This document shows, piece after piece, positions 48,674 through 58,779 of a stretch of DNA of 64,000 bases (position 1 is the stretch's first letter; each line of letters starts with the position of its first letter). The translations under genes and the position numbers were made by a program. The notes under the pieces were generated by a model. That model searched no databases. It saw nothing but the letters and a program-made list of their open reading frames with translations, and was not told the DNA's origin. Origin of the DNA: an uncultured Bacteriovoracaceae bacterium (GTDB lineage Bacteria; Bdellovibrionota; Bacteriovoracia; Bacteriovoracales; Bacteriovoracaceae); the NCBI GenBank assembly GCA_964012805.1, contig CAXGUD010000016.1, positions 1 to 64,000 on the forward strand. Reading direction: 5' to 3'.

Positions 48674-50374
48674 ATGAAAAATCTAGTCTTTCTAATTTTC
48701 ATCCCTTTCATTTTAGGCTGCTCTGTTTCTTTTGAATGGGACAAAAATAACTTTAAAAAGAAAGTAAGATTTGACTCATCCGAAGTTATTTATGGAATAG
48801 ATGACAGGGTTGAAATAGATGATTGGGATGGAAAGGGAAATGTTAAAGAGTTATCTACTTCTGTTCTTTCCCTATACAAAGAAAACGGTGAAGAAGCTAA
48901 ACTGAACAGATTGCCTTCCCCTCTATGTGAGGGAGAACCTTTCCGTGATCAGCCTAGAAAAGCTCTTTGCACGGGCATCTTGATTGCTCCTGATATGGTT
49001 TTAACTGCTGGACATTGTCTAAAAAAGAATAACCAATGCAAGAATCTTGTTTGGAAGTTCGATTATCCAGGCCCTGAGGCTTCTTTAAATCGTCCCTCAG
49101 AAGAGGAGAAGAAAGCTTATCGTTGTTCTCATGTTATTAGACCAAAAAATTATTACCAAAATAGAAGGCTTGATTTTGCCTTCGTTAAATTAGAAGAACC
49201 AGTTTTAGAAAGAAACCCATTCTCTCTTGAGGAAGCTATTCAGGATATTGAAATTAGAGACGGTGAAGGAGTGTTTGCGATTGGTAATCCTTCAGGTTTT
49301 CCACTTAAAGTCATGAAAGGTGAAGTCACTTTTAAAAATGAAGACGGCTTATTTTTCAAAACTAATATTGATTCATATAGAGGCAACTCTGGAGCACCAA
49401 TTTTTACTAAAAAGGAAAGTCGTTTAATTGGTTTACTAGTCAGTGGAGAAAGGGACTTTGAGTTTGACTCTTTAAAAGGTTGTTATTACTCAAAAAGATG
49501 TTTGGAAGGTGAAGAATCTAACTGTTCTGGAGAAAAAGCCATATCTATCTCCAATATCTATGAAAGTTATAAATGGATTAAGGATAAGAAAAATAACCAC
49601 GGTAAAAAACTATTTAGCCATTTTAAAAGTTTTGAAAAAGCTTGTTCTTCAGATGAATTAGATGCCAAATCAAAATATTTTTTAAGTCTATTGGAAGAAA
49701 AAGCAAGGTCACAAAATTGTTCGACTATAAAAAAGAGATTAGAACGGGCCAGGTATTTAGATTTAAGCTCATCCTTTATAGAAGACTCTTATGCGCTTTC
49801 ATTTTTTAGTAACTTGGAATTTTTAAATTTGGAAAATAATAATATCGAAGATTTAGAATTTTTGAACTCATTTTCAAATCTTCAACTGCTTTATTTAAAG
49901 GGAAATAATAAACTTAATAAAATTGATATTGATAATTTAAATGGATTAAAAAAACTATCTTTTAGCAATCGTCTGCCTTTTGTCGGTTCTTTTAAAGATA
50001 TGACTAGTTTAAGTTCTCTAATTGTAGAAAATATTGACCCTCGAATTCTTTCATCTATTAGTGACTTAGAAGAGTTAAAAGAATTAAGTATTAAAGATAG
50101 CAATCTATCATCATCTTCATTTTTAAATGGGCTCAGTAATTTAGAAAAATTATCTCTCACAAAAAGTAAATTAAAAGATATTTTATTTGTTTCTAGAATT
50201 CCAAAAATTCGTTTTTTAGATATTTCTGAAAATTTAATTGAGGATTTGTCTCCTCTATACTCTTTAGAAAATCTTTATAGTTTTAAAGCCGAAGGAAATC
50301 CTATTAAAGACTGCCCCTTAAACTCAGTATCTTTTGCTTTAAAATCATTTTGTGAAAAAAGAGCGGGTCTTTAG
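48674..50374 (+). CDS. Lipoprotein: trypsin-like (S1) serine protease fused to leucine-rich repeats
   Basis: MKNLVFLIFIPFILGC lipobox; VIYGIDDR, LTAGHC / LDFA / GNSGAP triad; about nine ~22-aa LRRs ending GNPI. Confidence 0.88.
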   Translation: MKNLVFLIFIPFILGCSVSFEWDKNNFKKKVRFDSSEVIYGIDDRVEIDDWDGKGNVKELSTSVLSLYKENGEEAKLNRLPSPLCEGEPFRDQPRKALCTGILIAPDMVLTAGHCLKKNNQCKNLVWKFDYPGPEASLNRPSEEEKKAYRCSHVIRPKNYYQNRRLDFAFVKLEEPVLERNPFSLEEAIQDIEIRDGEGVFAIGNPSGFPLKVMKGEVTFKNEDGLFFKTNIDSYRGNSGAPIFTKKESRLIGLLVSGERDFEFDSLKGCYYSKRCLEGEESNCSGEKAISISNIYESYKWIKDKKNNHGKKLFSHFKSFEKACSSDELDAKSKYFLSLLEEKARSQNCSTIKKRLERARYLDLSSSFIEDSYALSFFSNLEFLNLENNNIEDLEFLNSFSNLQLLYLKGNNKLNKIDIDNLNGLKKLSFSNRLPFVGSFKDMTSLSSLIVENIDPRILSSISDLEELKELSIKDSNLSSSSFLNGLSNLEKLSLTKSKLKDILFVSRIPKIRFLDISENLIEDLSPLYSLENLYSFKAEGNPIKDCPLNSVSFALKSFCEKRAGL

Positions 50375-50393
50375 GTCATTTATACGCTAATTT

Positions 50394-50420
50394 TAACCTC
50401 ATTCCTTTTATTTCCGATAA
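50394..50420 (+). promoter_or_regulatory. Putative sigma28 promoter
   Basis: TAAC-N15-TCCGATAA, 50 bp upstream of the 50471 ORF. Confidence 0.5.
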
Positions 50421-50470
50421 GTATAAGGCAATTAAGTTTAGTTTGAACTTTTTCTTGAGGGATTTCGGAA

Positions 50471-52027
50471 ATGGAAATTTTTGGACAGAGTCTTTCTATT
50501 TTGGAGATAGTAGGAATTTCTCTTGGATTAATAATTCTTTTAATTTTCATCTTCGATGTTTTTATACAGAAAAAATATGCAATTTTGCACAACTTTCCAG
50601 TTCTTGGTCACATGAGGCATTTGTTAACTATGATTGGGCCTGAAATGAGACAGTACTGGGTTGCTAATGATAAGGAAGAGTTGCCCTTCAATCGCTCGGA
50701 AAGAGATTGGATTTATGCAAGTGCTAAAGGAGATAACAATACTTTTGGTTTTGGAACGAGTGAGCTTCTTTACGGGGTAGGTTATCCCATTATTAAACAT
50801 TCAGGCTTTCCTTTTCCAACTTCAAAAGCTTATGCGCCTTTTGGAGATAAAACATCAATTCCTTGTGCAAAAGTCATTGGCAGTCTCCATAAGAGAAGAA
50901 AAATGTATCGACCTAAATCAATTATTAATATTTCTGCAATGTCTTTTGGTTCTTTAGGAAAAAATGCTATTAGTTCACTCAATCAAGGAGCTAAGTTAGC
51001 TGGGTGCTATCACAATACTGGTGAGGGTGCGATCAGCGATTACCATCAATTTGGCGCTGATCTTATGTGGCAAATAGGAACGGGATATTTTGGTTGTAGA
51101 GACGAAGAAGGAAATTTTAGTTTGGATATTCTTGAAGAAAAATGCTTACAACATCCCGTAAAGCTTATTGAGATAAAATTATCTCAGGGAGCTAAGCCTG
51201 GTAAAGGAGGAATTCTTCCAGGAACTAAAGTAACAAAAGAAATATCTAGAGTAAGAGGTATACCCGTTGGCGAGGATTGTTTATCACCCAATACTCATTC
51301 TGAGTTTTCAAATGTTGATGAATTAATCGACTTCATAGAAAAAATTGCTCAAAGAACAGGTATTCCTGTGGGTATAAAAGCAGCCGTGGGACAAATAGAG
51401 TTTTGGGAAGATCTCGCTTTAAGAATGAAAGAGAGAAATGAGGGACCAGATTTTATAACAATTGATGGCAGCGAAGGTGGGACCGGAGCAGCTCCATTGA
51501 CTTTTGCAGACCATGTTTCTCTCCCCTTTAAAATTGGATTTACAAGAATTTATGATATTTTTCAAAAGATCGGTCTTTCTCGTTATGTTGTTTGGATTGG
51601 TTCAGGAAAACTAGGTTTTCCTGATAGGACAATCATAGCAATGGCCATGGGCTGCGATATTATTCATATTGCTAGAGAGGCGATGCTTTCAATTGGCTGT
51701 ATTCAGGCCCAAAAATGTCATACAGGAGAATGCCCCGTAGGAATTGCTACACAAAATAGATGGTTGGAAGCAGGAATTAATGTGCCCTTAAAAGCAGAAA
51801 GGTTTAAGCGCTATCTAGAAAGCTTTAGAAAAGAACTTTTAGCAATTTCTCATTCAGCTGGTTATGAACATCCATGCCAATTTACCGCTTATGATATTGA
51901 GTTTAGCACAGGAGTTAATAAATTTAGTTCCCTAGATGATGTACTCCACTATAGAAAAGACCCATCACCATTTAGGAGCATGGTTGATTTAGAAAAAAAG
52001 TTCAAAAAGAAAAAAAGTAGATCATAA
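50471..52027 (+). CDS. FMN-binding glutamate synthase family protein (stand-alone synthase domain, N-terminal TM)
   Basis: ISAMSFGSL, NTGEG, EIKLSQGAKPGKGG, IDGSEGGTGAAP, GCIQAQKCHTGECPVG Fe-S motif. Confidence 0.93.
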   Translation: MEIFGQSLSILEIVGISLGLIILLIFIFDVFIQKKYAILHNFPVLGHMRHLLTMIGPEMRQYWVANDKEELPFNRSERDWIYASAKGDNNTFGFGTSELLYGVGYPIIKHSGFPFPTSKAYAPFGDKTSIPCAKVIGSLHKRRKMYRPKSIINISAMSFGSLGKNAISSLNQGAKLAGCYHNTGEGAISDYHQFGADLMWQIGTGYFGCRDEEGNFSLDILEEKCLQHPVKLIEIKLSQGAKPGKGGILPGTKVTKEISRVRGIPVGEDCLSPNTHSEFSNVDELIDFIEKIAQRTGIPVGIKAAVGQIEFWEDLALRMKERNEGPDFITIDGSEGGTGAAPLTFADHVSLPFKIGFTRIYDIFQKIGLSRYVVWIGSGKLGFPDRTIIAMAMGCDIIHIAREAMLSIGCIQAQKCHTGECPVGIATQNRWLEAGINVPLKAERFKRYLESFRKELLAISHSAGYEHPCQFTAYDIEFSTGVNKFSSLDDVLHYRKDPSPFRSMVDLEKKFKKKKSRS

Positions 52028-52036
52028 CTTTTTCTT

Positions 52037-54358
52037 CTACTTCATATTTCCATAAAGTTGTTCAAGAATCCTTTCATTTGTTGCCGGAGAAGCTAGTTTA
52101 ACTTTTTCATTTGATCTATAAGACAAAGCATTTTTTACGGCCATAAAAACATTAATGCCTAATAAAAATGGAGGCTCACCAACAGCTTTGGAGCGATGGA
52201 CTGCTTGGTGGTTGTTATTATTTTCTATAAACTCAATAGTAAAATTTCGAGGAGTATCCTGAATACTAGGGATTTTATAGGTTGTAGGGGAGTGGGAAAG
52301 GAGTTGACCCTTATCTGAAAAATATAATTGTTCCCCTGTAACCCAACCCATGCCTTGGATAAAAGCACCTAAGACCTGCCCCTGATCGATTCCAGGATTT
52401 ATAGGACGACCTAGGTCCATCAAAATATCAGTGGAGAGAACTTTAAGTTCTCCTGTATATTCGTCTATCTCAACTTCTGATATAGCGGCACCATTTGTAT
52501 AATAATTAAAAGGTTTTCCCTCACTTTTTTCTTTATTAAAGCCAATACCTTCTGTCTTAAAAAAAGCATAAGACCCTAAGCCAACTCTGTTAAAATAAGC
52601 GAGAGATAAAGCTTCTTTGAAAGGAATTTTATGACCATTTTTTTTGTCTAACACTTCTTGGTTTTCAAAAACAATGTGCGAAAGATCTCCGCAGTCTTCA
52701 AGCTCGTACTCTACAACTCCATCGCTAACTTCTCCTGCCCAGTGTTTATGGAGAACTATTCTAAGTCTTTCTTTAATTTTATTACATGCTTTTAAAGTAG
52801 CACTTCCATTAATATCTGCTCCACTGGAAGCAGCTGTAGGAGATGTATTATGGTTTTTTTCTGTAGAGGTTGGCATGACTTGCACGAGGTTTGATGGAAT
52901 ACCAAATGCGTGAGCGGCAATTTGCTGGATTTTGGTGTTTACGCCTTGGCCCATCTCTGTTGCTCCTGTTGAGACTTGAATACTTCCATCTAGGTGGACG
53001 TTAACGAGAGCATTACCTTGGTTTAAAAATTTTGCAGTAAAAGCGATCCCAAATTTTGTAAAGCCAAGAGATAGCCCTCTCAGTTTTCCATTATTTAATG
53101 TATTAAAATTATTAATTGCCTCTCTTTTCTTTTTGTACTCCGCTTTTTGAGTTATTCTTTCAAAAATTTCCGGGAGAGGGTTATGGTCAATTTTTTGGCC
53201 GTAGTGGGTTATATTATTCTCATCTTTTCCATAGAGGTTAACTTTTCTAATTTCTGCAGGATCTTTTCCCGTTTCAAAGGCTATGTCTTCAATGATTGAC
53301 TCAATTGTCATGGTTCCCTGAGGGCCTCCAAATCCACGAAATGCTGTATTAGAAGGGTGGTTTGTTTTACAGCATGTTCCGGTGATTTTGGCGTGAGGAA
53401 TAAAATAGGCACTATCAATATGAAACATTGCTCTTTCTAAAATAGCGCTTGATAGATCTGCATAGGGTCCAGCGTCGGAAAAGAGGTCAGCTTTAAGGGC
53501 CATTATTTTTCCATTATCATCGAAGCCAACTTCATAATAATTTTTAAAAGGGTGCCTCTTCCCTGTCATCGCCATATCCTCATCTTTAGATAGGGCAAGG
53601 CGTGCAGGTCTTCCAAGCTTATAGGCGCAAAGTCCTGCGTAAGCAGCAAAAGGAGCTGCTTGGCTTTCCTTTCCTCCAAACCCTCCTCCCATTCTTTTAA
53701 CGATACAAGTAACATGATGAAAAGGGATACCAACTGCTTCAGCAACTAAATGTTGAGTTTCAGTTGGATGTTGGGATGATGAGTGAACTTCAAGTTGTCC
53801 ATTTTCCAAAGGGTAAACAATACTTGCCTGACTTTCGAGATAAAAATGTTCTTGCCCACCACATTCAAAATCACCCTTCAATTTTCTTTTAGAGCTTTTG
53901 AGCGCCTTATCGACATCTCCTTTGATAATAGGTGCCGCTTTGTACACACTTTGTTCCGTCTTGATTGCTTCATCTATTGAAAAGAGTGGTACTTGTTCCT
54001 CGACCTCGATTTTAATAAGTTTTTTTGCTTTTGGAAGTACATCTTTGCTTTCAGCTGCAATAATGGCAACGGGCTCATCAAAATGACCGATTTCTTTATC
54101 AACAAGCAAAGGTTGCGTTTTAAAAATAGCACCCCATCTGTTGTGAGAAAGGTCCTCTGCTGTATAAACAGCAAGGACGCCTGGTAACTTTAAAGCTTCC
54201 TCAAAATGAACCTTTTTCAGGTTTCCTGCTGCACAAGGAGAGCCAACGACTCCTACGTGGATTTCTCCCCTTAATGGAGAGCGGTCATCTACAAAAATAC
54301 TAGTTCCTGTTACATGACCATAAGAAGAGTCGTGTTTAATATTACTTCCTACACTCAT
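52037..54358 (-). CDS. xdhB: Xanthine dehydrogenase molybdopterin-binding subunit
   Basis: GQEHFYLE, RMGGGFGGKESQ, ERAM, AFRGFGGPQ, EMGQG, SPTAASSG, KAVGEPP (catalytic Glu/Arg/Glu retained). Confidence 0.96.
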   Translation of the reverse strand: MSVGSNIKHDSSYGHVTGTSIFVDDRSPLRGEIHVGVVGSPCAAGNLKKVHFEEALKLPGVLAVYTAEDLSHNRWGAIFKTQPLLVDKEIGHFDEPVAIIAAESKDVLPKAKKLIKIEVEEQVPLFSIDEAIKTEQSVYKAAPIIKGDVDKALKSSKRKLKGDFECGGQEHFYLESQASIVYPLENGQLEVHSSSQHPTETQHLVAEAVGIPFHHVTCIVKRMGGGFGGKESQAAPFAAYAGLCAYKLGRPARLALSKDEDMAMTGKRHPFKNYYEVGFDDNGKIMALKADLFSDAGPYADLSSAILERAMFHIDSAYFIPHAKITGTCCKTNHPSNTAFRGFGGPQGTMTIESIIEDIAFETGKDPAEIRKVNLYGKDENNITHYGQKIDHNPLPEIFERITQKAEYKKKREAINNFNTLNNGKLRGLSLGFTKFGIAFTAKFLNQGNALVNVHLDGSIQVSTGATEMGQGVNTKIQQIAAHAFGIPSNLVQVMPTSTEKNHNTSPTAASSGADINGSATLKACNKIKERLRIVLHKHWAGEVSDGVVEYELEDCGDLSHIVFENQEVLDKKNGHKIPFKEALSLAYFNRVGLGSYAFFKTEGIGFNKEKSEGKPFNYYTNGAAISEVEIDEYTGELKVLSTDILMDLGRPINPGIDQGQVLGAFIQGMGWVTGEQLYFSDKGQLLSHSPTTYKIPSIQDTPRNFTIEFIENNNNHQAVHRSKAVGEPPFLLGINVFMAVKNALSYRSNEKVKLASPATNERILEQLYGNMK

Positions 54359-55821
54359 AGTTTTTTTCCTTGCTCAGTTCCATATTGCGACTGGATTTCT
54401 CTATAGAATTTCATTAACAGGTTTTTTGATATTTGAGTCCTAAATTTTGCTGAGCCGCGTACATCTGAAATTGGAGTTATTTCTTTTTCGACTTGTAAGG
54501 TTGCCTCTCCAATGTTTTTTTCATTCCACTCTTTACCATTTAGTAACTTTTCTGTTGTGGAAAGCCTTTTGACAACTGGGCCGACACCTCCATAAGCAAG
54601 CTTAATGCTTTTTATTTGACCATTTTCTATATTTCCCATTCCCGCAAAGGTAACTGCTGAGATGTCCATATCTTTTCTAAGACTCACTTTGTAGAGTTTT
54701 AAAAAATACTCTTTTGGAGGTATTGGAATAATAACTTTAGTAATAAGTTCATTGTCTTTAAGGTTTAAGTCCTTGTAGCCCTTATAGAACTGAGTAATAG
54801 GAACAACTCTTTCTCCATCAGTGCAAGATAAGACGACCTTTGCTTCAGAAATAAAAAGGAAGGGGGTGCCATCAGCGATGGGTGAAGCATTGGCAATATT
54901 ACCAACCAGAGTCCCGGCATTTTTAATTTGGGGAGAAGCGAATATATGAATTAGTTTTGAATACTCTGGGATATCGTTCTTGAGAGCTTTTTCAATATCG
55001 TGCCAAGTCGCTGTCGCTCCAATATGAAACTCTTGTCCTTTTTTTTCAATTTTAGACATTTCGGGAACTCTATAAAGAGAAAGGACCTGTTCCATTTCAT
55101 GGCGGCCTTTACTGACTTGAACTCCAAGGTCAGTTGCACCTGAAGTACATTTGAGAAGCTTCTGATCATTTTTAAGTTTTAAGGCATCATCTATTTTTGA
55201 AGGCAGAAAAATTTGACGTGACTTATTTTCCAAGACAACGCCTTCCTTTTCGAGGTCTTCGAATTCTTTAAGCATCTCGCTATTGTGGTACCGTTCATAG
55301 AGAGGGTTCACTTCTTTTAAGTTAACAGCTAGAGATGACTTTATTATAGAGTCGTAACCAGTGCATCGGCAAAGGTTACCTGTCAAATAGTTTTTCGTTG
55401 TCTTTTCATCGATGGGTTTTTCTTTGAGCTTTAGTTGATCTGTCATACCCGCCATAGCGCAAATAAATCCTGGTGTGCAGTATCCACATTGGGCACCATG
55501 GTTGACCATCATTGATTCTTGTACCGGATGGAGCTTATCTTTTTCGGCAACTCCTTCAACTGTAATAATTGAATGCAGGTCCATTAAGTGAAGGAAGGTG
55601 ATACAGCTGTTTAGAGATTTGTAAACCAGCTTCCCTTTATCTAAATCTTTACGACTTGCAACCAAAACTGTACAAGCCCCACAATCACCTTCTGCACAGA
55701 CAACTTTTGTTCCTGTTTTCCCTAAATCATCACGTAGGTAAGTTGAAAGGGATGTGAAGGCATCTTTAGCATCTATTTCATGTTTTTTACCATTTAGATA
55801 AAAAATTATTTTATCTCTCAT
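54355..55821 (-). CDS. xdhA: Xanthine dehydrogenase small subunit (2Fe-2S + FAD)
   Basis: GTKVVCAEGDCGACTV, QCGYCTPGF, GNLCRCTGY, ASPQIKNAGTLVGNIANASPIAD. Confidence 0.96.
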   Translation of the reverse strand: MRDKIIFYLNGKKHEIDAKDAFTSLSTYLRDDLGKTGTKVVCAEGDCGACTVLVASRKDLDKGKLVYKSLNSCITFLHLMDLHSIITVEGVAEKDKLHPVQESMMVNHGAQCGYCTPGFICAMAGMTDQLKLKEKPIDEKTTKNYLTGNLCRCTGYDSIIKSSLAVNLKEVNPLYERYHNSEMLKEFEDLEKEGVVLENKSRQIFLPSKIDDALKLKNDQKLLKCTSGATDLGVQVSKGRHEMEQVLSLYRVPEMSKIEKKGQEFHIGATATWHDIEKALKNDIPEYSKLIHIFASPQIKNAGTLVGNIANASPIADGTPFLFISEAKVVLSCTDGERVVPITQFYKGYKDLNLKDNELITKVIIPIPPKEYFLKLYKVSLRKDMDISAVTFAGMGNIENGQIKSIKLAYGGVGPVVKRLSTTEKLLNGKEWNEKNIGEATLQVEKEITPISDVRGSAKFRTQISKNLLMKFYREIQSQYGTEQGKKL

Positions 55822-55888
55822 AAAGAGGTTCCTTTGATAAAGAAGCCAAATTTTATATCATTTAGATCTTAAAAAAAAAAGTTGGATT

Positions 55889-56662
55889 TTAATTGTAGAG
55901 GATTCCTAGAAGTTCTGCACTAACGCTAATTGCGATTTCCTTTGGAGCTTTGCCTCCGATTGGAATTCCTATAGGGCATTTTACCTTTTGAATATCATCT
56001 TTTCCAAATTCCTTTTCTTCGAGCCTTTTTTTGAATCGGAGCCACTTTGTTTGACTTCCAATAAGTCCAAGATAAAGAAGGTTTTTGTTTATTAGATTAG
56101 AGAGAAGGTCAAAGTCTAATTGGTGAGAGTGAGTCATAATGATTGCTAATGAAGATTGAGGAAGCCAATCTTGGTTAAAAACGTATTGAAGAGGGTCTTC
56201 AGAAACTCTTATAATTTCCGGAGATAGGTTTTCGTGCTGAATCCATTCATCTCTCGTATCAATTAAGTGGACTTTATAAGGTGTGCCGACCAATGTATTG
56301 GCAAGATTTTGACCCACATGGCCTGCTCCAAAAATGAAGACTTTTGGTTGGCATTGAATGACATCAATAAAAATTTCTACAACTCCACCGCAGCATTGGC
56401 CAGTTTTTATCCCAAGGTTAAAAGAGAAGGAAGAGCTTTTATTTTCTAAAATACAGTTTTGAGCTGTTTTGATAATTTGTTTTTCTAAGTTACCGCCACC
56501 AATTGTTCCATAAAAAGTACCATCGGTCAGGACAATCATTTTTGAGCCAACTTCCCTAGGCGTGGAGCCTCCTGTCTGGGTTGTTGTCAATAGAGCAAAG
56601 TTCTGACCAGACTTTTCTAATTCGCTACATTTTTTTATCCAATCCCACATTGTTGAGCTCAT
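55889..56662 (-). CDS. xdhC: Xanthine dehydrogenase accessory protein XdhC
   Basis: GSTPREVGSKM, GTIGGGNLE, GQCCGG, FGAGHVG, MTHSHQLD, GLIGSQTK, CPIG. Confidence 0.95.
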   Translation of the reverse strand: MSSTMWDWIKKCSELEKSGQNFALLTTTQTGGSTPREVGSKMIVLTDGTFYGTIGGGNLEKQIIKTAQNCILENKSSSFSFNLGIKTGQCCGGVVEIFIDVIQCQPKVFIFGAGHVGQNLANTLVGTPYKVHLIDTRDEWIQHENLSPEIIRVSEDPLQYVFNQDWLPQSSLAIIMTHSHQLDFDLLSNLINKNLLYLGLIGSQTKWLRFKKRLEEKEFGKDDIQKVKCPIGIPIGGKAPKEIAISVSAELLGILYN

Positions 56663-56746
56663 CCCAAGAAATCTATTTTTTTATGTATGAAAGACTTCAA
56701 AATGAATAACTAAACCAAAGGGGCTAAAGGGAGCAAGCAAAAAACG

Positions 56747-57505
56747 TTATAATTGGTAATTTAAACCCTCTAAAAGGCAAGTGAGGATCGATTTTTGAAC
56801 TTTTGTAAGTTGGTATGTTTTGGCCATAATAATAACTGGGCTTTTATTGATGCTTGCAGTAGCAAGGAGTTCGCCTTTAGTGGAGTCATACTCAATTAGT
56901 TCGAGTTTTGCAGAAAAGTGGCTTTTATATTTTTCCATAAGAGCTTTCTCAAATTCTCCCCCATCTCTGGTTTCAGGAGTCCGATTTCCCTCAACTTTCA
57001 TTTGAATAAGATGATTCTTTGATTTTTCACCACTATTTTGAACATCATTATAAATAATCTTGAGAAAAGAGGTTCCCAAGTTAGATTTGAGGGTAAACCA
57101 AAGCTCCTCAAAAAAGGTTGCTCTATCGTTGGGAAGCAACTTTTTTAAGTGCTCAATGACGGTAAAGAGTTCGTCCAGTAAGCCAATATTATTTCTGAGA
57201 AGCCATTGGCTCCACATTTGATGAAAGGAATCCAAAACCTCTTCTTTTGTCGATATCTCAAAAGAATCGTAGTTTACATCAAAATTAGTACTCTCAACAA
57301 TAGGATAAAACTTATGATAGCTCTTAAGAGACTCAAGAAACTCTTGAGATTCTTTTAACTCAGGGTCAAAAAGTAGTCCCTGAAGAGACTCTTCTTCTAA
57401 ATTGATAATATCTATTGTTTTGGACTCATCTTGCTCTTTATGATTGGAAAAATGCCTTATAAGAACTCTCTCGCTCGATTTTATATAGCCAAGGGAAAAA
57501 TCCAT
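56747..57505 (-). CDS. Hypothetical cytoplasmic protein
   Basis: ~250-aa ORF; ATG 57505 after GGAG; no recognised motif. Confidence 0.65.
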   Translation of the reverse strand: MDFSLGYIKSSERVLIRHFSNHKEQDESKTIDIINLEEESLQGLLFDPELKESQEFLESLKSYHKFYPIVESTNFDVNYDSFEISTKEEVLDSFHQMWSQWLLRNNIGLLDELFTVIEHLKKLLPNDRATFFEELWFTLKSNLGTSFLKIIYNDVQNSGEKSKNHLIQMKVEGNRTPETRDGGEFEKALMEKYKSHFSAKLELIEYDSTKGELLATASINKSPVIIMAKTYQLTKVQKSILTCLLEGLNYQL

Positions 57506-57589
57506 TTTAAACTCCGATTTTAGTGCGCTATGCATTGGAAAAAAAAGCCCCTAGAGGTTCTTCTTTGATCTTTATAATAAAATTATGCT

Positions 57590-58234
57590 ATGGAGAAAAT
57601 ATCTATTTACGTCATTTTAATTTTTTTCCTCAATTTTACAAATGCTGTGTGTCAAGATGAACGCTTATTTCGTGACCTTATGGGCCAAGGTGCAAAGAAG
57701 CCTTTTAGTGAGAGTGTTCTAAAAAAAAGAGTTCATTGGCATGCTTTATCGCCTTTCTATGAAATTGAGATGGACGGTCTTCCCGGTAAAGAAAGTTTTC
57801 GAGTTGAAAAAAGAGATGGAGAGGATTGGTTTAGCCTTTTTAATCAATATAAGGAGAAAATATTTTCTAAAAAGTTAGACTCCTTAGGAAAAGATTCCAA
57901 AGTGTTCAGAGTTTCCCAGCGTGTTTTATCAAAAGACTTAAAAACTCTTATAGTTTATTTTTATAATGGATTCACAGATGTTCTTAACTTTGAAGGAAAA
58001 GGACGGCTTTATTTTTTTACTTGGGAAGACAATAATTTAAAGACTTTAAATAGCTTTAAAGGACCCATTTTTTGGCACGAGTTTTCTCCAAGAAATGGTT
58101 ACTATCATAGAAGGGTATATGATTTAAGCTTGTATGACAGTAATGGGGATGGAATTAAAGAAATTATTGTTAAACATGGTCCTACGACTAAGCTGTTCTT
58201 TTATAAAAAGAAAAAAGGGTGGCAACGTTTCTAA
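57590..58234 (+). CDS. Hypothetical secreted protein with an FG-GAP/VCBS-like Ca-binding motif
   Basis: Signal peptide; LYDSNGDGIKEIIV. Confidence 0.65.
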   Translation: MEKISIYVILIFFLNFTNAVCQDERLFRDLMGQGAKKPFSESVLKKRVHWHALSPFYEIEMDGLPGKESFRVEKRDGEDWFSLFNQYKEKIFSKKLDSLGKDSKVFRVSQRVLSKDLKTLIVYFYNGFTDVLNFEGKGRLYFFTWEDNNLKTLNSFKGPIFWHEFSPRNGYYHRRVYDLSLYDSNGDGIKEIIVKHGPTTKLFFYKKKKGWQRF

Positions 58235-58686
58235 GCGGCATTTTTTTTGTTGCTGCTTCCATCGTCTTGATTGTCATCATCAGTACTATCTTTACTATCG
58301 GCGGTTCTTTTTTCTTTTTGGTAATTACTTTCTTTCCCTCCTTTTATCAATCTCAAATTAGGCTTTCTTGGATCCTCTTTAGAGTTAATGAGAATTCTAT
58401 TCCAGAGAGCAAAAGGAAGAGACAGAAGAAAGAGGAGAGAAAAAATTTGAATGATACTTTTTACAAAAGCTTTATCTGTACTCTTAGGAAGAATCTTAAG
58501 TTGGCTTGATCTGAAATCAAATCCCTTAACTCTGTTTGAAGGTACGATAGTTTCTTCATCAATTGAAAGACCGATAATTGGATCAACAGCGGGTGCCCTT
58601 GAAGAAAAAAGAGGGTTGACAAGGGACAGAATGATAAGACCGGAAAAAAAATAAAGACACCAATAAATTAAAGGCCTTTGTTTCAT
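58231..58686 (-). CDS. Hypothetical two-TM membrane protein
   Basis: SD AGGGGG, two hydrophobic segments, LRLIKGG motif, acidic tail ending KNAA. Confidence 0.65.
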   Translation of the reverse strand: MKQRPLIYWCLYFFSGLIILSLVNPLFSSRAPAVDPIIGLSIDEETIVPSNRVKGFDFRSSQLKILPKSTDKAFVKSIIQIFSLLFLLSLPFALWNRILINSKEDPRKPNLRLIKGGKESNYQKEKRTADSKDSTDDDNQDDGSSNKKNAA

Positions 58687-58705
58687 AAATTCCCCCTTTC
58701 CGATC

Positions 58706-58732
58706 TTTTCGGTGGAATCTAGTAAAAACTTA
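58706..58732 (-). promoter_or_regulatory. Putative sigma28 promoter
   Basis: Minus strand TAAG-N15-ACCGAAAA, 19 bp upstream of the 58686 ATG. Confidence 0.5.
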
Positions 58733-58779
58733 AAGTAATATGTTTTTTTGGTTATTTAATAAAAATATTGACAAAAAAT

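Noticed and set aside
56663..56746. Possible purine or Moco riboswitch upstream of xdhC
   Set aside because: No recognisable aptamer motifs or stems in this 84-bp spacer.
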